DNA from: Gekko japonicus | Lineage: Eukaryota | DNA length: 64,000 bases | Assembly (NCBI RefSeq): GCF_001447785.1 | Contig: NW_015160914.1 | Span: 1-64,000, forward strand | Direction: 5' to 3' | Shown: positions 37,443-50,660 of the stretch, one piece after another | How the letters are laid out: each line of letters opens with the position of its first letter | Numbering within the stretch: position 1 is the first letter of the stretch | Translations under genes and position numbers: made by a program | Notes under the pieces: generated by a model | Database searches by the model: none | What the model was told of the DNA's origin: nothing | What the model saw: only the letters and a program-made list of their open reading frames with translations

Positions 37443-38664
37443 TCAGTTGAGAAACTGCTTCATTCTGAGTGTTAACAGATGAGGTGACGTTTTCTGAAAA
37501 TTCCCATTGTGTTTGCAGTGGGATCTAAAGTGTGTGCAGTGTTTCCTAAATCATGGGAATATCCTTGATTTCTGAGAAGGATGCCTATTTATGGAATGCA
37601 ACTGCCGAGGAGGGCAAGGTCTTGCTGCTTCAAAAGAAAGGCTAGCCCACCCTTTTGCCACGGCTCCAAAATTAGCAATGTACCTGCGCTGAGCCAGCTT
37701 CCTGCCTCCAGCAGGTTTCCCATCAGCCACAGATGGCAACGGTAACAAAACACAAGTCAAAGCTGAAAACATTCCAGTGAATTTTGCCATCTGGGTCTTT
37801 TCACAGTGCACAAAGCTACAGAAGGTTTTCCCTGCTAATTAGATTAGAGCCAGCATGAGGGGATTCTTCTAAGGATTTGTAAGGAAATCTGTTAAGGTGT
37901 ATGTGAATACAACATAATAATCACCCAGGGCAGAAGAAGACTTTGCCAGGACAACAGATGCAAAACCTGCAGACACAACACTCCAGTAGCAATTATCAAC
38001 TCCTTTCACAAAGTAAAAACAATTTAAATGGTTCTGAGACCTTAACTTGCACAACACAGTATGAACTCAACTTAATCTATATTGTATTGAACTCAAGATA
38101 AAGAAGCCTCCAATGCTTAGAGGTTCAGCTACTGTGATGTTATGGAATGTCTACAAACATTCCAATGCACTGGAAGCAAAATTGTCAACAACAGTAGCAA
38201 CAGAATCCAGCTTCTGTGAGAAGGAAGTGTGTGTCAATTTGGCTGGTTTTAAAGCTTGGTGTGGATACTTTGGAAGGAAGAGTCCAAACTGGAAACCTGA
38301 GAATCCTAGAAAAATGAAGACAAAGCCAGATGGAAGGGTGACTGAAGGAAATGGGTAGAGCAAGAGCACTGGACTAAAACAGAAGAGCTCTAGGATATGT
38401 GAAGGGTATGAGAAGGTATGAAAAGAACAAGAGAAAAGGCTGTGAATGAAGGATCCAAGTGGGAGATGTGTTCATAGGTGTAGATCCTGATAGGGCTTCT
38501 GTAACTCTAAAGTTCAGAAGGGAGAATTTTGTGACCTGTGGCTTACACATTCACTGCAATGTTGGGATAGGATGAGACTGAATCTTTGCAATATTAATTT
38601 CATGCAGCCAGCCCTTTCAGCTGCAGGCTTGTAGGATTGTGTAATGTATTTATGCATGCACACA

Positions 38665-38785
38665 CTCATGGAGCTGCCTTACACTGAATCAAGCCATCAG
38701 GTCATCACAGTCAGTATTGTCTACTCAGACTGGCAGTGGCAGACAAAGGTTTTCACCTGGAACCTTCTGCATGCAAAGCTGATGC
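38665..38785 (-). mobile_element. Squam2-like SINE fragment
   Basis: gagctgccttacactgaatca...gtctactcagactggcagtggc. Confidence 0.65.
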
Positions 38786-39028
38786 AGACTCTAAGCTGGG
38801 AGAACAGGGTTTGATTCCCCACTCCTCCACTTGCAGCTGCTGGATGACCTTGGGCAAGCCATAGTTCTCTCAGAGCTGTCTTTGAAAGGGTAGTTTCTGT
38901 CAGAGCTCTCTCAGCCCCACCTACCTCACAGGGTGTCTGTTGTGGGGAAGGGAAGAGAAAGGAGTTTGTAAGCCACTCTGAGACTCCGAGTGAAGGGTGG
39001 GGTATAAATCAAATCTCTTCTTCTTCTT
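38786..39028 (+). mobile_element. Squam3-type SINE
   Basis: Reverse complement of the copy at 4745; (TTC)n tail. Confidence 0.8.
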
Positions 39029-39099
39029 TGGAAGGGCGGCCTAGTAAATCCAAATAAATACATAAATAAATCGGTAACTTCACCTCCATTACCATGTCA

Positions 39100-42000
39100 C
39101 TTCTGAGTAATAGCGTGCAAAGTGTGGGTGACAGCCAAATGCCCCCCAAACCTTGTCTTCCTTTAATAAATCTTCCCATAAGGAGTCATTCAAGGGACGA
39201 GGATTACAAAAATCAGCTATACAGCCTTCAAATTCTTCAGGAAATGTGCTATTGTAAACCTTTCTAAATTTAGAAAAGGTGCCCCTAAAAGCCATTTTTG
39301 AATACAACATGTCCAGATGGCAGTGGGTGTCAATAAATCCTTCTTCTAAATACCTGGGCAGGTCATCAGGCAAATTGTGGCCTGCACGGTTAGTAACAGA
39401 TGAGTCCAATTTGCTTGGTGTGAAGAAAATAGGAATGTATGGTCCTACTCCCATACTTCACCGTCTATGTTTCTTCTCACTGAACAGTGAAGAACCAAGT
39501 GAACGTGGCCTACCACGCACATCTTTCAATGAAGATTCTTCATCCTTTGAGGTATTTGATGAAATAACAATGGAGGTATCTGAAGAAATGTGACATAACT
39601 GACTAGAATATGAAATACTATCAAATGAAGTATCTTCACAGGGGCTTGAAAAAGGACTACAATGTTCTGGCTTGGGGGTCTTGTCCAATATTTTGCATAG
39701 TCTTTCATCTTACGATCATACAGGTGAGGAGGATACAACACAAGTCGACCTCTGTGGCCAATGCTGAAGTGTCTTTTGTTTCAGAAGTACTGTGACCTGG
39801 GATAGAATTCTCTTGCAAGAAGATAGCCAATGGTTCTGCATCCTCCATATCAGACCAGTCACTTCCCTCTAAAGGCTCTGTTTCTTGCTCTGTATGCTTT
39901 TGGTCTACTTCTGAATGGTGTTCATCCACAAATACAAGTTTTGAAGAAGGTTCAACAAGAACTGTCCTCTGGAAATTCTCAAACTGAATTTTCATTTCAC
40001 TGTGGCCCCGGTCACATGGGCTGGAAAATGTGGGGGGGGGAGCGTAGTTGTTTGCCCCGGAGCAAACTAATGCACGGCCGCCAGATCACACATCCCGCCG
40101 ATGTCCCGTGGTTCAGGGGGAGGTGCCGATCACACAGCAATCCTGCGGCATGGCAAAGAAGCGGCGTGGTACGATCACAGCAGCAATGGCTAGGCGCCGC
40201 TGCTGTAGCAAACGGGGTTGTGTCTTTTTTTAAACCAAAGTGTGCACACGCACCGCTGGGTGCTTGTGCGCATCCCGTGGAGACTTGCAAAAAAACCCAC
40301 CTTTGTGCGATGGGACATGGGCAGGCGCCGGATGCCATGAACTACCACTGGAAACGCGATCAGACACCCGCCCTTGCCCCGTGGTTTCCGGAAACTAGTA
40401 TCTCGGAGGTACTAGTTTTTTATGCCGCATCTTCGGCGGGAAGCCTCGGGTTAGTCATGGGAGCTCTACGCTTTCCAGATGTTGCGGTGTGATCGCGCCC
40501 GGAAAATCCACCTATCTTCTGTCTCTGTAGCATGGCCAATGCTCCGTGTGACCGCAGCCTGTCTATGTCAACTGAGTTGGGGGCAGTACACTGTTCTTTT
40601 GTCACATTTTTCTGCTTTGTGGAAGCACCAGATTCTTTTGCAGCAGTCTTCTGATTGCTGCTCCCAGACTTGAACACTTCTTCGCCTTCATGTCTTGCGC
40701 CTTCAGAGACACGCCTTGAGTTGTTTTCAGGTGTCCAAGATTCTTTTTTACTCAGTCTGGCGCAATCAGTTTCTCCAGCAATTTTACTTTGCTTTTTGCT
40801 CCCCTTGAAGTCTTGAAAAGTTAGCCACATCTTCGGAACTGCTGTTGAATCTATTAAGTTTTTTGGGGGGGTTGCCCCAAATTAATGTCTTCTCTTGCTG
40901 GACTACTCTGGTTTTTCAGTTCTCGTGTAAGCTCTGGTTCATCTTCAAGTCTCAGTGTTCCAGAGGCATGCCTTGAGCTGCATCCTGGCCTGGTATCCTC
41001 TTTTCTACTGTGATTAGAACTGTCATTTTCTTCTTTTACACTAGCTTTCTGAAAACTGGATTTCGGTTTAAATTTCTGCTTTTCTTTCTGATCTTGAAAC
41101 TACAGATACACGTCTTGAGCTACCATCTGACCCATGAGAGTCTTTTTTTTTATCCTGCTGGACACAGATACTAATTTGTTCTTTTTGTGTAGTTTTGCTA
41201 CAGCTGGGATCTTCTCCCCCTGCAGACTGATGTCTCAAGTTGTCCACTGGTCCAGAAGCTTCTTTTCTGCAATGAAGGCTGTTCATGTGAATTCCATTTG
41301 GAGATGCTGCATCTCGTTTGGCTGGGAATGCTTTCCCTAAAGCACCTAGCTGAGCTTTTCAGTAAATTAATGCAGCTCCCCAGTTCTCCATTTTCTTACG
41401 GCTATATTCAGGCCCTGCATCCTTTGATACAGGGTGCTGTGTACAAGGTTTTGGCCTGCATCACTGCAAGCGTCTTGTTTAGCCTCATGTTTCAAGGCTT
41501 CCGAAACCACACTTCTCTTGGACATTTCAAAAACAGAACGGTTTACAAGATGCACTCCTCTGGAAAAGGAAAAACTCTGGGCCTCTTTAACCACATTGTC
41601 AATTTCATCATCAGTTTCAAAGTCATCAGTGGAAGGCTCTTCTGCTGCAAATGAAGTTCTTGAGAACACTTTATAAGAAGATTCTGGAGAGTGCAAGATC
41701 TGAGTCTTTCTGAACACAGCTCTCTTGTTGGCCAAGCTGCTTTTAGGGGAAGGATGAGGAAGTCCTTTGGTGGACTTGAAATATTTGGTGGGTGAGCCAA
41801 CAGATGAGCTGTCCCATTCCGTTTTGCACCTCCTGTTTGGCTGCATTGATGGTGGCTTATTGGCACACAATGGTGCGCTCTCCCACTATCTTTATTCCTC
41901 TGCAAAGCTTGTGGCAACACCAACGCACAGGAAAAGAGAAATGTGGAGAGGGGAAGGGGGGGACAGTGGGGTTAGAGGGACTGACTCAAGGCCAGTGCTA

Positions 42001-42100
42001 CAATTGGTCATCTGTGGCTCACTGAGGTGAGGCTGAGCTGGCGCCCACCATGTGATTGAAGCGAAAGGCAAAAGCCGGAAGTGAAATGGTGGAATTCCCT
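39100..42100 (-). pseudogene. TATDN2: Processed pseudogene of TATDN2, with 5' UTR but truncated at the 3' end
   Basis: [17 protein letters not shown]...[16 protein letters not shown]; GSDWSD; MLYPPHLY..DYAKYWT; ALIY*KAQLGALGK; probable ATG at 41846. No introns, several frameshifts and stops, one MITE insertion; flanked by the direct repeat atgtcacttctg(a/g)gtaa. Confidence 0.9.
40004..40559. mobile_element. Harbinger-type MITE inserted in the TATDN2 retrocopy
   Basis: TIR ggccccggtcacatgg / ccgtgtgaccgcagcc; TSD TGT; removing it restores the frame VDIDSEMKIQFEN. Confidence 0.9.
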
Positions 42101-44037
42101 ATGTCACTTCTGGGTAAACCCCAGAAGTTGATTCCAAGAGTTATCCTGTCATTTTTTTTTACCCCATGACCCCTCCTCCAGTTCTCCTGCTGGTCGCCAG
42201 GCTCAGTCTCAGCCTGGCAGGCCTATTTTTCACCCTCCTTCCCTCCCTCCCTCCTTCCTTCCTTTTTATCCCACAGCTTGACAAATTAAGCACAGGTGAT
42301 GGGGTGGAAGCCAAAGGTTGCCCACCATGAGCAGGCCACTGAAATGCCTACTAGGAAATCATAGCTAGACCTTGGAGTCCACACATGATCTGCAAGTAAT
42401 GGGGGCTATGATTCAGTGCCAGAGGATTACATGATTAGTCCCTCCAGTGGAGATCTCAGGGAAGCAGGTGTTGATAAAGACCTTCCACGTACCATTCTGA
42501 ATGGACAGCACTGAGCTAGATGGTCCAGCTAGCTCTAAGGCAGCTTCATATGATATGCAAATCTTTTTTTACATTTAATCAATGAGTCAATTTAAGTGCA
42601 GGTGATTGATCTACTAACATTATTTAACCAGGCAACAGCCAACGTCTATGTTTCCCAGGGGCAGCATGAATGGGGTTGGTTTCTAAGCAAATGATAAAGA
42701 GGTAATCTCTAAGGTAAGCAGAACAGATGGGACTGTTCATTCCATGTGATTTACCTGGACCAGCAAGCTCATCGGGCTACAATTAAAACAATCCAATTGT
42801 AAAATAGTCCATCTTTTTCAGCTGTAGATAACGCCTCATAAAAGGAAACCTAAGGCAGTCATTTTTTTTACACAAGGCCTTAACTTTTAAGTAGCAACTT
42901 TCCCAGACTGATTTACAGCCCTCAATAAATGTGTCAATTTCCCCTCTTTCCAGCCCTAGATTTTGTTTTTCTATATCTCATTGTGCCAAGCAGCCAAAAA
43001 CACAAAAGATGAGGAGGGGTTTTGTGGGAGGTGGGTTTTTTTTATAATATTGATTTCTCTTAGAGACATATGATCAGTCAATCAACATTTCAATAATTTT
43101 ATGTTGTTTTTCTTTGAATAGCATTGAGAGCAACGGGGGGAGGGGGGTCTAAACAAACCAGTGCCTATTATCCTACGTCCAGGCTTCTATAGAACTACAT
43201 CTATGCAAAAGTAGAATAAATGCTTTTCCCAAACAAAGAAACAAGACAACTGCATGCTTCTTTTATAGATTGTTCTTTAGACCCATATTGCTTTGGACTT
43301 TTAATGTAAAACGGTTTCCCTTCGACATGTGGAGGGAACAAAAGAACTCGTTACACTTGTGACAACATGCAGCATCTCCAATTCAAAACACAGTGCATTT
43401 TTTAAAAAAATATATGCATTGTGTATTCTCTTTTAATGAGTTGAAAGCATTCAGTTCCCCTCCCTCTAGTTTGCCTCTGATGTGTACACTGCCAGAAATA
43501 CCCTGTGGTGTGAACATTAAAGGGACAGGTCTACGGTATGCCATTACTTACATGAAAGACTTACTAGCATGAAATATTTCTACTGACCTAAAATAAATAT
43601 CACTAGCTGCTAATAATTACTACTGAAATGAAACAAAAAGCACACTTGCATGAGAGGGAGAAACCATACAGAGGCAGTGCATGCTTTGCATAGATCACTG
43701 ACCTTGGAATGGTATGCCCTGAGTTCCAGTATAAGTATATGTGTTCATATTGGAAGGAGGAATGTGTTCTGAAGGTTTAGGTTTCCCAGGCACATGTGGG
43801 ACCAATCCAAGCATGCAGAGAAATTGAGCTTAGAGCTTCCCCCTGTGCCTTTTCCCTGTTTGAGATGGTCACAGGAGGGTGCTATTTGCCTGGGGGGGGG
43901 GGCTGTGTACTGATAGCTACACTTTCAATTTCCAAATTGAGGCAAAAAGCACCCCCAGGGCTGTTTCAAGTCAGGAAAATACTGCCAGAAAGAATGTCTA
44001 AATCCCCTCTCTTTGCTTGTGCCATGCTCCTAAGCAT

Positions 44038-44115
44038 TTGTTGTTGTTGTTCAGTCACACAGTCAAGTCCGACTCTTCCTGACCCCATAGACCACATCAC
44101 ACCAGGCCTGACTTC
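44038..44115 (-). mobile_element. BovB/RTE 3' tail
   Basis: (TTG)n tcagtc..gtccgactctt..gaccccatagacc. Confidence 0.75.
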
Positions 44116-44124
44116 CCTCATGCT

Positions 44125-44649
44125 CCGGAGTCTGCTCCATATGCTTATCTAATTCCCTCTTGAAGCTGTCCATGCTTGTAGCTGCCACCGCCTCCTGTGG
44201 CAGTGAATTCCATGTGTTAATCACTCTTTGGGTGAAAAAGTACTTCCTTTTATCTGTTCTAACCTGACTGCTCAGCAATTTCATTGAGTGCCCACGAGTT
44301 CTTGTAGTGTGAGAAAGGGAGAAAAGTACTTCTTTCTCTACCTGCTCTATCCCATGCATAATCTTATAAGCCTCAATCATGTCACCCTTCAGCTGTCGTT
44401 TCTCCAAGCTAAAGAGCCCCAAGAGCTTTAATCTTTCTTCATAGGGAAAGTGTTCCAACCCTTTTATCATTCCAGTTGCCCTTTTCTGCACTTTTTCCAA
44501 TGCTATAATATCCTTTTTGAGGTGTGGTGACCAGAACTGTACAAAGTATTCCAAATGAGGTCACACCATTGATTTATACAGAGGCATTATGATAGTGGCT
44601 GATTTGTTTTCAGTTCCCTTCCTAATAATCCCCTGCATAGTGTTAGCCT
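44125..44649 (-). mobile_element. CR1 ORF2 fragment (3' part of a split copy)
   Basis: ORF 44063..44554: EYFVQFWSPHLKKD..LGLFSLEKRQL..WNSLPQE. Confidence 0.92.
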
Positions 44650-45728
44650 AACTGCTTTATGTAGAGCAGAGGCATTATGAGATATTAATTTTGCGGTGGT
44701 GCTGACCAGTGTATACAGGATTCAAAGACCCTCGGAGGAAATCTGGTTACAAATGGAGACGAGGCTAATATATGATGAAAGCAATTGGTTCCTTTTATTT
44801 CCTAACTCTAGTTCACATACATATGCAAAAACAGATTCTCACACACATGCATGCAAGATCCTCAGTGTTACAGAAATAGCAAATAGTTACTTTTACTCTA
44901 AAGGTATGGGGAAGGGAGTAGCAAATACTTATCTGATCAGAGGCTTGATCTTCCCAATGAAGAATAGGTGAAATAAACAGGCTAACTATAAGTACTCTAC
45001 TGCACACGGTTGGAACCAGCCAAACACCTGTGGACCTCTAGGCTGCAGTCCACGAGGTCAGAGAGGAAACAAATGATTACAATAGCAACAAGACTGTAAG
45101 TTGCTTAGTTAGTGAAGAAGATGGCTAGCGAAGTTCAAACTGTTGAAACTCACTTTATATAGGGGGGCTCTTGGGGGCTGGCATTGATGCCATCCTCCTT
45201 GCCCTTCCCACCTGTGGTCCGTCCCAGGACTCTATACTATTGGTTATTTAATAATGACGTGCCTACCTAAGAGGAGTGGGCAATATTGAAATCTAAACCT
45301 TTAACTCAGGTGATGCATCTGGTCAAGGTGTGAAGATGGTACCAAGGCAACCTTTGATGTGTAGAGCAATGTGGCCTGGTCTCAAGCCATAAAACGACCA
45401 TTCAACAGGAAACTGTCCTTTTTGATGCAAACCAGATATCAGGGTTACATGTTTACCAAGAGTTCATCAATGGTGGTTACATCCATGCAAGCTGTTGTTT
45501 TGTACTGCTAGCAATGGCGATGCAGCTTCTTCCTCAGGCTGAGCTGTGTGTGTGTCAAACTCTATTTGCATAAACAGCAGGCTAGGAGCCTTTCCGGTCA
45601 CAGCATTTCAAAGCAAGCAGCTTTCTCCCAACCCATAGGGATTCACAACCACAGTCCAGGTGTGTGTGCATTTGTGTCAGCAACCACAAACATACATACA
45701 TTTATCACAGAAATAACGCATAGGCCAA
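44650..45728 (-). mobile_element. LTR-like insertion that splits the CR1
   Basis: CR1 homology stops at ~44649 and resumes at ~45730; minus-strand TATATAAA (~45160) lies upstream of AATAAA (~44795). Confidence 0.5.
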
Positions 45729-45729
45729 C

Positions 45730-46168
45730 AATAGCACTGGCCTTTTTTATTGCTGTCGCAAACTGTCCCAATATTTTCAGTAAATTATCTACTACAACTC
45801 CAAGATCTCTCTCTTGTTCAGACTCTGTCAGTTTGGACCCCATCAATGTGTATTTATAGTTAGGATTTTTGGCTCCAATGTGCATCACTTTGCACTTGGC
45901 TACATTGAACCCCATTTGCCACATTGTTGCCCACTCACCCATCCTTGACAGATCCCTTTGGAGTGCCTCACAATCCTCCCTGGTTTTCACCACCCTGAAC
46001 AATTTCATGTCATTCGTAAATTTAGCCACTTCACTGCTTACTCCCAGCTCCAAATCATTAATGAACAAGTCAGAAAGCATCAGACCCAGCACTGATCCCT
46101 GCGGTATCCCACTGCTTACCACCCTCCACTGAGAAAATTGCCCATTTATACTCACTCTCTCTTTCCTA
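45730..46168 (-). mobile_element. CR1 RT fragment (5' part of the split copy)
   Basis: SGIPQGSVLG, FINDLE, KFTNDMKL (decayed FADD), KCKVMHIG. Confidence 0.92.
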
Positions 46169-47276
46169 TTATTTATTTATTTATTTATTTGATTTATATA
46201 CCACCATCCCCACAAGTGGGCTCAGGGCAGTTTACATCACGTGCCTTGCACATGCTCTACCCAGCTGCTTAGTGTCCTGGCCCCACTGATGGACCTCCTG
46301 ATGGCACCTGGTATTTGGAATGGCATGCAACAGACAGATAAAGTTGCTTCAGTGTCCAGATTCAGATTGAGGTCCATAACTTGACCATTCCTGGTTTAGC
46401 AATGAACCCCCAAAGTAGCTTAGTTGCCTGAGTAGCAAATGTTCCTCGTATTTTAAAGAGCAGGATTAAAAGTCCGAACCATTCCACAGAACATCAGACA
46501 GTGGGGCCCAGAGAGGTGACATTTGTTATGGCAGCACACTAGGTCTCTGTAGGTTTAACCAATAATCTTAGGAAAAGGTCACTTCTTTCCTTAGCTCATC
46601 TAAGAACCATTATGTAGCAAATGTTTGAGATTAATCAGAAATAAACTGTGAGAAAATGATAAATGAACTACAGATTATCTGTCCCACTAATTGGCCTGAG
46701 CAATTAGATTTCATTAATGAAGATTAAGGTGTTAAACACCTCAGTGAGTCATTTCCAATTCCACCTTGGGCGCTTATTTGAACACCTGGGAAACCTCAGT
46801 TTTGTACAGAGGAGCTCAAACTGTATCATTTGCTGTTCATCCTCACCTGCTTTTGGGAGGGGGAACATATATTCTTTGTTAGTCAAGATACAGCTATTTG
46901 GGACCAAATGAATGTGTGGCAATTTACATTTGCATTGTGTTGAAAAAGAAGCTGAGTCTTCTATTGGTGCTGTCTTTAATGCCAAACAATATAGCAGTCT
47001 GTACTTCACAAACCAAGTGGAAGCATGGATTGCATAACAGACGGAAAAAAGAAAGAAAGAAAGAAAAAGAAAGAAAGAAAGAACTATGCTCATATGCCCA
47101 CAAGTATTAAAGTTAAAAAAAAATCAGCTTTTCTAAAATGCATTTTTCAAAGAGAAGACTTTAGAAGAGAACACATTCATTTCCCTAAGAAGTGTGTTCT
47201 GCTGTTACCACAACAGAGCGCTACTAAAGGCCCTGGCATCAGAATGCTATGGCTGGTTTCAGAGATAGAGATTGTC

Positions 47277-47690
47277 TAGCGGTGCCAGTCCCCCTGGTAG
47301 AGGTGGGGGTACCCTGCTGCCAGGCCCCACCCTTTCCCACCAATCAGCTGGCAAGCAGGGGGACTTAGCAGGAGAAAGAGGAAGGCCCAGGTAACATTGC
47401 TGGTGATGGGGTGATGTCACTTCTGGCGTGCACCAGAAGTGCTGTCATCATGCCAGCAACATTTGAGTGACACTGTGGTATTTGGGCAAAAACTCTATGG
47501 TAGAAGCCATTTTACCATAGAGTTTTTGCTCAAATATCAGAGTGTCACCATGACATGGCAGCTTGATAATGCCTCTTTTGGTGCACACCAGCAGTGATGT
47601 AGACATGTCACCAACATTGCTTGGGCTTCCCTTCTGCCCCTGGTATGTCCCCGTCCCCCACTGGGTGCCAAGAGGGACCTGGCAACCCTA
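47277..47690. mobile_element. hAT-type MITE (TAGGGTTGCC TIR family)
   Basis: tagcggtgccag...ctggcaacccta; 8-bp TSD agattgtc; internally palindromic. Related fragments at ~6.1-7.0, 14.3-14.5, 42.1-42.2 and 59.0-59.35 kb. Confidence 0.85.
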
Positions 47691-47829
47691 AGATTGTCAT
47701 ACACACATACTAACATTCACTTACTGCCATCACTATACCTGACTTGGGATGAGCCCCCATTTTATTCCTCTTAATATATATATTTGTCAATGATTTTGGT
47801 TCTCCACTTTTTAAAATGAGTATTTCATT

Positions 47830-47856
<27 letters not shown>
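47830..47856. repeat. (TG)n microsatellite at a SINE tail
   Basis: Directly visible. Confidence 0.95.
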
Positions 47857-47861
<5 letters not shown>

Positions 47862-47862
<1 letters not shown>

Positions 47863-48049
47863 GCTAGCCTGGAAATCATGGTGACTTCTGGTGACTCATA
47901 GTCGGGCTATAATTGTTTCAAAGCAGTGGTTTGATATTAACTGCCTCTGCACCCTGGCTCTGGTATTCCTTGGTGGTCGCCCTTCCAAGTACTTGCCAGG
48001 GCCGGCCCTGCTTAGCTTCTGAGATTTTATGAGACTGGGCTTGCCTGGG
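47862..48049 (-). mobile_element. 5S-derived SINE
   Basis: ggtattccttggtggtcgcccttccaagtact..ccctgcttagcttctgagat is the reverse complement of a 5S head. Confidence 0.8.
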
Positions 48050-48571
48050 TGGTTCCCCAGTTTCAATTGTCAGTTTAGTTGATTTGCTTTTCTCACATAC
48101 ATTTGTGGTAGGGTGTTTATATGCAACGAATGTCACATGTATACATATAAATTACAGATGATGGGGAAATGTATACATTTCATGGGGGAAATGAGATTTA
48201 ATAGAAAATGGCATGAAATACTGATGTGATTGTGTTACATAAGGGGAAAAGAAATAGCAAAATTGGGATTTTCAGGCTGAAACAACATGGATGAGAAACT
48301 CAAAATCATTATACTCCTGACCATCCAGTTCATAGCCTCTGGTTCTGTGATGCGGCCTGAAGGCCGTCCCACTTTTTAAACGAAGCCTGAGAAACTCTTT
48401 GGGTGTGCAGGCTAGCCAAGGGTGAGCAGGGCTGATGCAGCTGTTTAGGCCACTTCCTCGTTGAAGGTTTTCTGCTTGTCTCCCACCTGTTATCCCTAAT
48501 GAATACTATGCAATAATCTGGTTGCCTGCGATGTGTACCAAGCAACTTTTGTTAGGCTCCCATCAGGTTAG

Positions 48572-48781
48572 GGAAGTGGCTGTGGCTCAGTGGTACAGCA
48601 TCCACTTGGCATGCAGAAGGTCCCGGGTTCAATCCCCGGCATCTCCAGTTCAAAGGATGAGGCGGTAGGTGGTGTGAAAGACCTCTGTTGGAAACCCTGG
48701 AGAGCCACTGCCAGTCTGAGGAGACAATAATGACCCTGATGGACAGATGGTCTGATTCAGTATAAGGCAGCTTCCTGTGTC
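48572..48781 (+). mobile_element. tRNA-derived SINE (Squam2-like), near full length
   Basis: Box A gtggctcagtgg, box B gggttcaatccc, body ending tataaggcagcttc. Confidence 0.8.
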
Positions 48782-49848
48782 CATCAGACTGGCACAAAAC
48801 ACTTCTTTTCCCCAGCTGCTTTACATTGTTCTTCACTCATCTGAGCAAAGCCTCCCCACAAATGTCAACATCCATTCCTCTGTGGTGGCTCCACCTTGTG
48901 GAATGGCCTGCTTGAGGAGTGTAGGTAGACCCTCACAGTCATTCCACAAAGTGTGCAAACCAAAAATGTTCAGGAGGGCATCCTCGTAACGGAATTGGTC
49001 TGTAGAGGCACCGACCAAGAGGGTGCCAGCATGTAGAAATAGATTTTGTGTTCCACTGCAATTATTATTGTTGCTATCATTTATTATTGTATCACCTATC
49101 TTTTACTGCATTGTCTTATAGCTTGTAATTCTAAATTCTGCATTCCTCATACCTTTGCCTTAGGCAGTTTGGTATTCTCATTGTTGCTCACAGTGTCTTT
49201 GAATTTTGTATTCCAAGTCCTGTTGCATTGTTGATTGGCTGTCTTATGCTGTATGATTACATTTTTTCTCTTTCTTAATGATCTGTCTTGACTCTCAGTG
49301 AGAAAGGTAGGCACTAAATAAGCTATAAAGGCTGATGGTGATCATTTCCTTTGGACTAGGCAGGCAGGGATTTTGTGGCTTGCTATAGTATATGTTGGCA
49401 ACTGGTGATCATCCTGAGGCACCTATGGATGAAGGCTCATTCGCAAACTAGCCCATTGTTGACTCGATCAGTTGGGTGAGTTGGAAAAGGAATGCCCTTG
49501 GTGCCAAACAGCATTGACCAAGTCAATAATTGCTGAATGGAATATAGGAGGAGGGAAATTAGACCTTACACCATTCAGCATTTGTTTTTATGTGCAGGCA
49601 GGGACAAACAAAGCCACTGGAGTGCTGGTCAAACTTAGAGCCAGTGTGGGTTTGCTGGAATGCTGGAAACCAGTTCAGGAAAGGGTACAATTCTGATGTA
49701 GATCAGCTATTAATAAAGCTTAGTTGAACACAGCTCCTGTTATCTCATGTATTCAGTTTGGGTGCTGCTAAAAAAAAACAAAAAAACACCTCAGCTCACC
49801 CACATCAGGGCCCTGTGGGATTTGTTACAATTCTACAGAGCCTGCAAG

Positions 49849-50054
49849 CAATGTTCCCTGTAAGCTGTAGAGCCTTGTGAGCAAAAATTCTACTTTGTGA
49901 GCTCCTGGCATTAAAGTTGTGAGAAAGCAACTTGGCTACTGCATAAATTAGTTTGCTCTGGAGCCATCCTTCCTGAGCCAAGACAAAAATGTGTGAGCTG
50001 GAGGCTAAAAACCTGTGAGCTAGCTCACACTAACTCATCTTAGAGGGAACACTG
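49849..50054. mobile_element. hAT-type MITE
   Basis: caatgttccctgtaag / cttagagggaacactg; 8-bp TSD cctgcaag (49841-48, 50055-62). Confidence 0.9.
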
Positions 50055-50660
50055 CCTGCAAGGCAGAGATGTTCCACCAAGCATATTGTTGAGGACAACA
50101 ATGGTTTTAACGGTGACCAGCTCCAACAACTATCTGCTCCACTACCTGCTTCCATCCCCCTCCCCCCATTGGGGGGACTAGAATTGGATTATGGTGCCAT
50201 GTGGGGGGGTTTAATTTAATCTGTAGATTTGTATTTTAGACTCTTTAACTGGAGTTTATATGTTTTATAGAACTATGTTGTGAACTGCCCTGAGCCTGCT
50301 CACATGGAGGGCAGTATAAAAGTCTAATTAAATAAATAAATAAAAATTTATGCTCCCTCTCTCAGAGCTCAGAGAGAATCAGCTGCCCCCGTCCTTTGAT
50401 GCCGTCACCAAGTGCCTGTGGTTTCTTCCAGATTGCCTCTTGGGGCTCCTACAACCAGTCAGCTCAAACAGGAGGCTCAGAGGACCAGGATCAGCTTTAT
50501 GATTGTTCTTCTTAGGGACTAATCACGATGCCACCTTGCTGCAATGTCTAAAAACTTCTCTCCAACTTCTTCCAGGGCCGTGGGTGCCACTTTCCTCATC
50601 ATTTGTTCTATCTTTATCCCTTAGCAAAAAAAAAAAAATCTTTTCCACTTCTGGCTCTTG

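Noticed and set aside
39089-41870. Functional TATDN2 gene
   Set aside because: Frameshifts, in-frame stops, a MITE insertion, no introns, and most of the TatD domain missing.
48575-48650. tRNA gene
   Set aside because: It is the head of a SINE and continues into the SINE body.
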